From Octopus sinensis (Eukaryota): a DNA stretch of 64,000 bases. Shown here one piece after another: positions 62,251-64,000 of this stretch (position 1 is the first letter of the stretch; every line of letters begins with the position of its first letter). Where the stretch lies: contig NC_043022.1 in assembly GCF_006345805.1 (NCBI RefSeq), positions 15,934,001-15,998,000 on the forward strand, read 5' to 3'. The notes beneath the pieces are model-generated. The model was not told where the DNA came from. It worked only from the letters and a program-made list of their open reading frames with translations, and did no database searches. A program made the position numbers and the translations under genes.

Positions 62251-63221
62251 AATTTCCTTCCTGTTTCAGTTCCCAGTTTTTTATTTTATTTTATTTTATT
62301 CAGTTCACTAGGTTAAACTGACACCTAGCGAGTGTTTTCGCAAGAGCAGATAACTACCATTGTTCCATCAACCGGTGTCATAGTTACCAAAGGTTTTCTT
62401 TTCTGTGAGGAATCTTTAAATTCTGTGTTTTCTTTCTTATTTCTTCACCGTTATGATTTTTTAAAAAAATAGATTTTTTTAATTTCATGTTATGCTGTAA
62501 TTATATATATTTTTTTACCGTTATTATTTCTCTTTTTTATTGTTTTTCGTTTTTTTTACAATCGTTTTAATTTCCCAGACATTTTCTGATTACGAAACAA
62601 TGGCTGACTGACATAGTTCGACTTAATTTTATCTAAATTTAGTTTCGTAAATCTCTAGTGGCGGGATTCGGTGAGGTTCAGTCCTCATTAATCACATTTG
62701 AGATCAAAGTCATATCAACCATGACCACGACGTCTTAGAGTTATTTTTAGGACTACATTATTATGCAACGTGTCCTTTCCATATTTAAGGCGGTATGGTG
62801 AGATTTGGTTGCTATTTCTAGCAGATTGAGCGACCACATAGTGTCATCGTCGGGCGATCTTTGACTATAGCGTACCACCTTCACTTTCTCTCTCTCACAT
62901 TGTAGTTAGTGTTAGTTTGGCACCCGCAGAAGTGTTTACGTTTAGCTTCAGCCAACTTGTTTGTCGTAAGGGCTGTTTTGGGGGTTTAATTAAGATTTAT
63001 AACTTGTGTTTTAGTTGTTTTTTCTTTCGTATTCTTTCCTTTTTCTGTTGGAGAATTATTTTCCTGTGTCTCACCGTTGTTCATGTTTGTGGTGTTGCGC
63101 AAGAACTTAGAGAAGGAAAAGAAAAATCGCAGAAATTGAACAACAAAAACCAGAACATGACAAAAAAAAATTCTTAATTGCTCTCCCAAATATCCTGTAT
63201 GACAAACAACATGGCTGTAAC

Positions 63222-63620
63222 ATCATCATCATCATCATTTAACGTCCGTTGTCCATGCTGGCATGGGTTGGACGGCTTCACCAGGGCTGGTAAGCTGGAA
63301 GGCTGCACCAGACTGATTTGGCATGGGTTTCTACCGCTGGATGCCCTCCCTAACTCTAACCACTGAGTATAATGGGGGCTTTTACATGCCATCATCACAG
63401 GTACCCTTTATGTGACACTGGTATCACGACTGTGATTTTGCTCAGCTTGGTGGGTCTTCCTCTCAAGCACAACATAATGTCAAAGGTTTTGGTCGTTGCC
63501 TCCATGAGGCCCAACACTTGAAAGGAACTCAGCCACTTTGCTTCTGTGAGGCCCACTACTCTAAAGAAGCTCAGCCACTTGGCCTCCACAAGTCCCAACG
63601 TTTAAAAGGAACTCAGCCAT
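63222..63620 (-). mobile_element. Family C retroposon with degenerate ~43-bp internal repeats (GGAACTCAGCCACTT)
   Basis: (CAT)n start, conserved body, and three CTCAGCCA units at about 63525-63620. Confidence 0.75.
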
Positions 63621-64000
63621 TTTGTAGAATTAAAAAAAATTTCCTTGGCCATCATGTAACTGAAGTTTTGATTAAATGAATATGTTAACTTTTACATAGG
63701 AATTCTGAAAATTCCAACCAGCTGTTTTTCCTTTCATGCCACTCCACCCTCTAAGATCAATTAATTATCGTTCACATAAAAACTTAGATTTAATCAGTTT
63801 ATACTCACCCTCAACCATCTTATTTACATGTTTTAATCTGTGTGACAAAGATATGCCTTTATTAATGCTGATGTTTACAAAATTAGCCCCCAATATGCCA
63901 TAAATGGTTGGTGTTTCAATTAGAGACAATGCAGAGGTGTGAGGACTCTTTAGTGTTGCTGGGGGCCAGGTAACCTCTGTAGTGTTGATGCCACAAAGAA

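Overview
AT-rich, microsatellite- and SINE-dense animal genomic DNA. The repeat families look like those of octopus/coleoid cephalopods (inference from recall, not from a search). Two convergent protein-coding genes are supported. (1) On the + strand, a large multi-C2H2 zinc-finger gene with two big coding exons, 39752..42156 and 46154..48155, joined by a phase-2 GT-AG intron. It encodes about 1468 aa with 10 fingers in 5 pairs, a PLDLS CtBP motif, an AT-hook, a SIM-like motif and two internal peptide repeats. Its 5' non-coding part probably extends tens of kb upstream. (2) On the - strand, mitochondrial ribosomal protein L16 (MRPL16), rebuilt here as 4 coding exons (60865..60787, 59394..59335, 57155..56998, 54087..53629; 756 nt, 251 aa). 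The rest is intron or intergenic DNA carrying several tRNA-derived SINE families, TTAA-flanked and hAT-type MITEs, a Helitron-like remnant, an RTE LINE 3' fragment and a Penelope-like element (PLE) with a GIY-YIG domain. The most unusual items are: the PLE terminal region, which holds a tRNA-like Pol III head plus a hammerhead-ribozyme core and an inverted arm with a palindromic fold-back junction; a near-perfect ~590 bp inverted templated insertion with microhomology junctions; and several long hairpins or palindromes. No CRISPR array, rRNA or intact tRNA was seen. Repeat boundaries are by eye and approximate.
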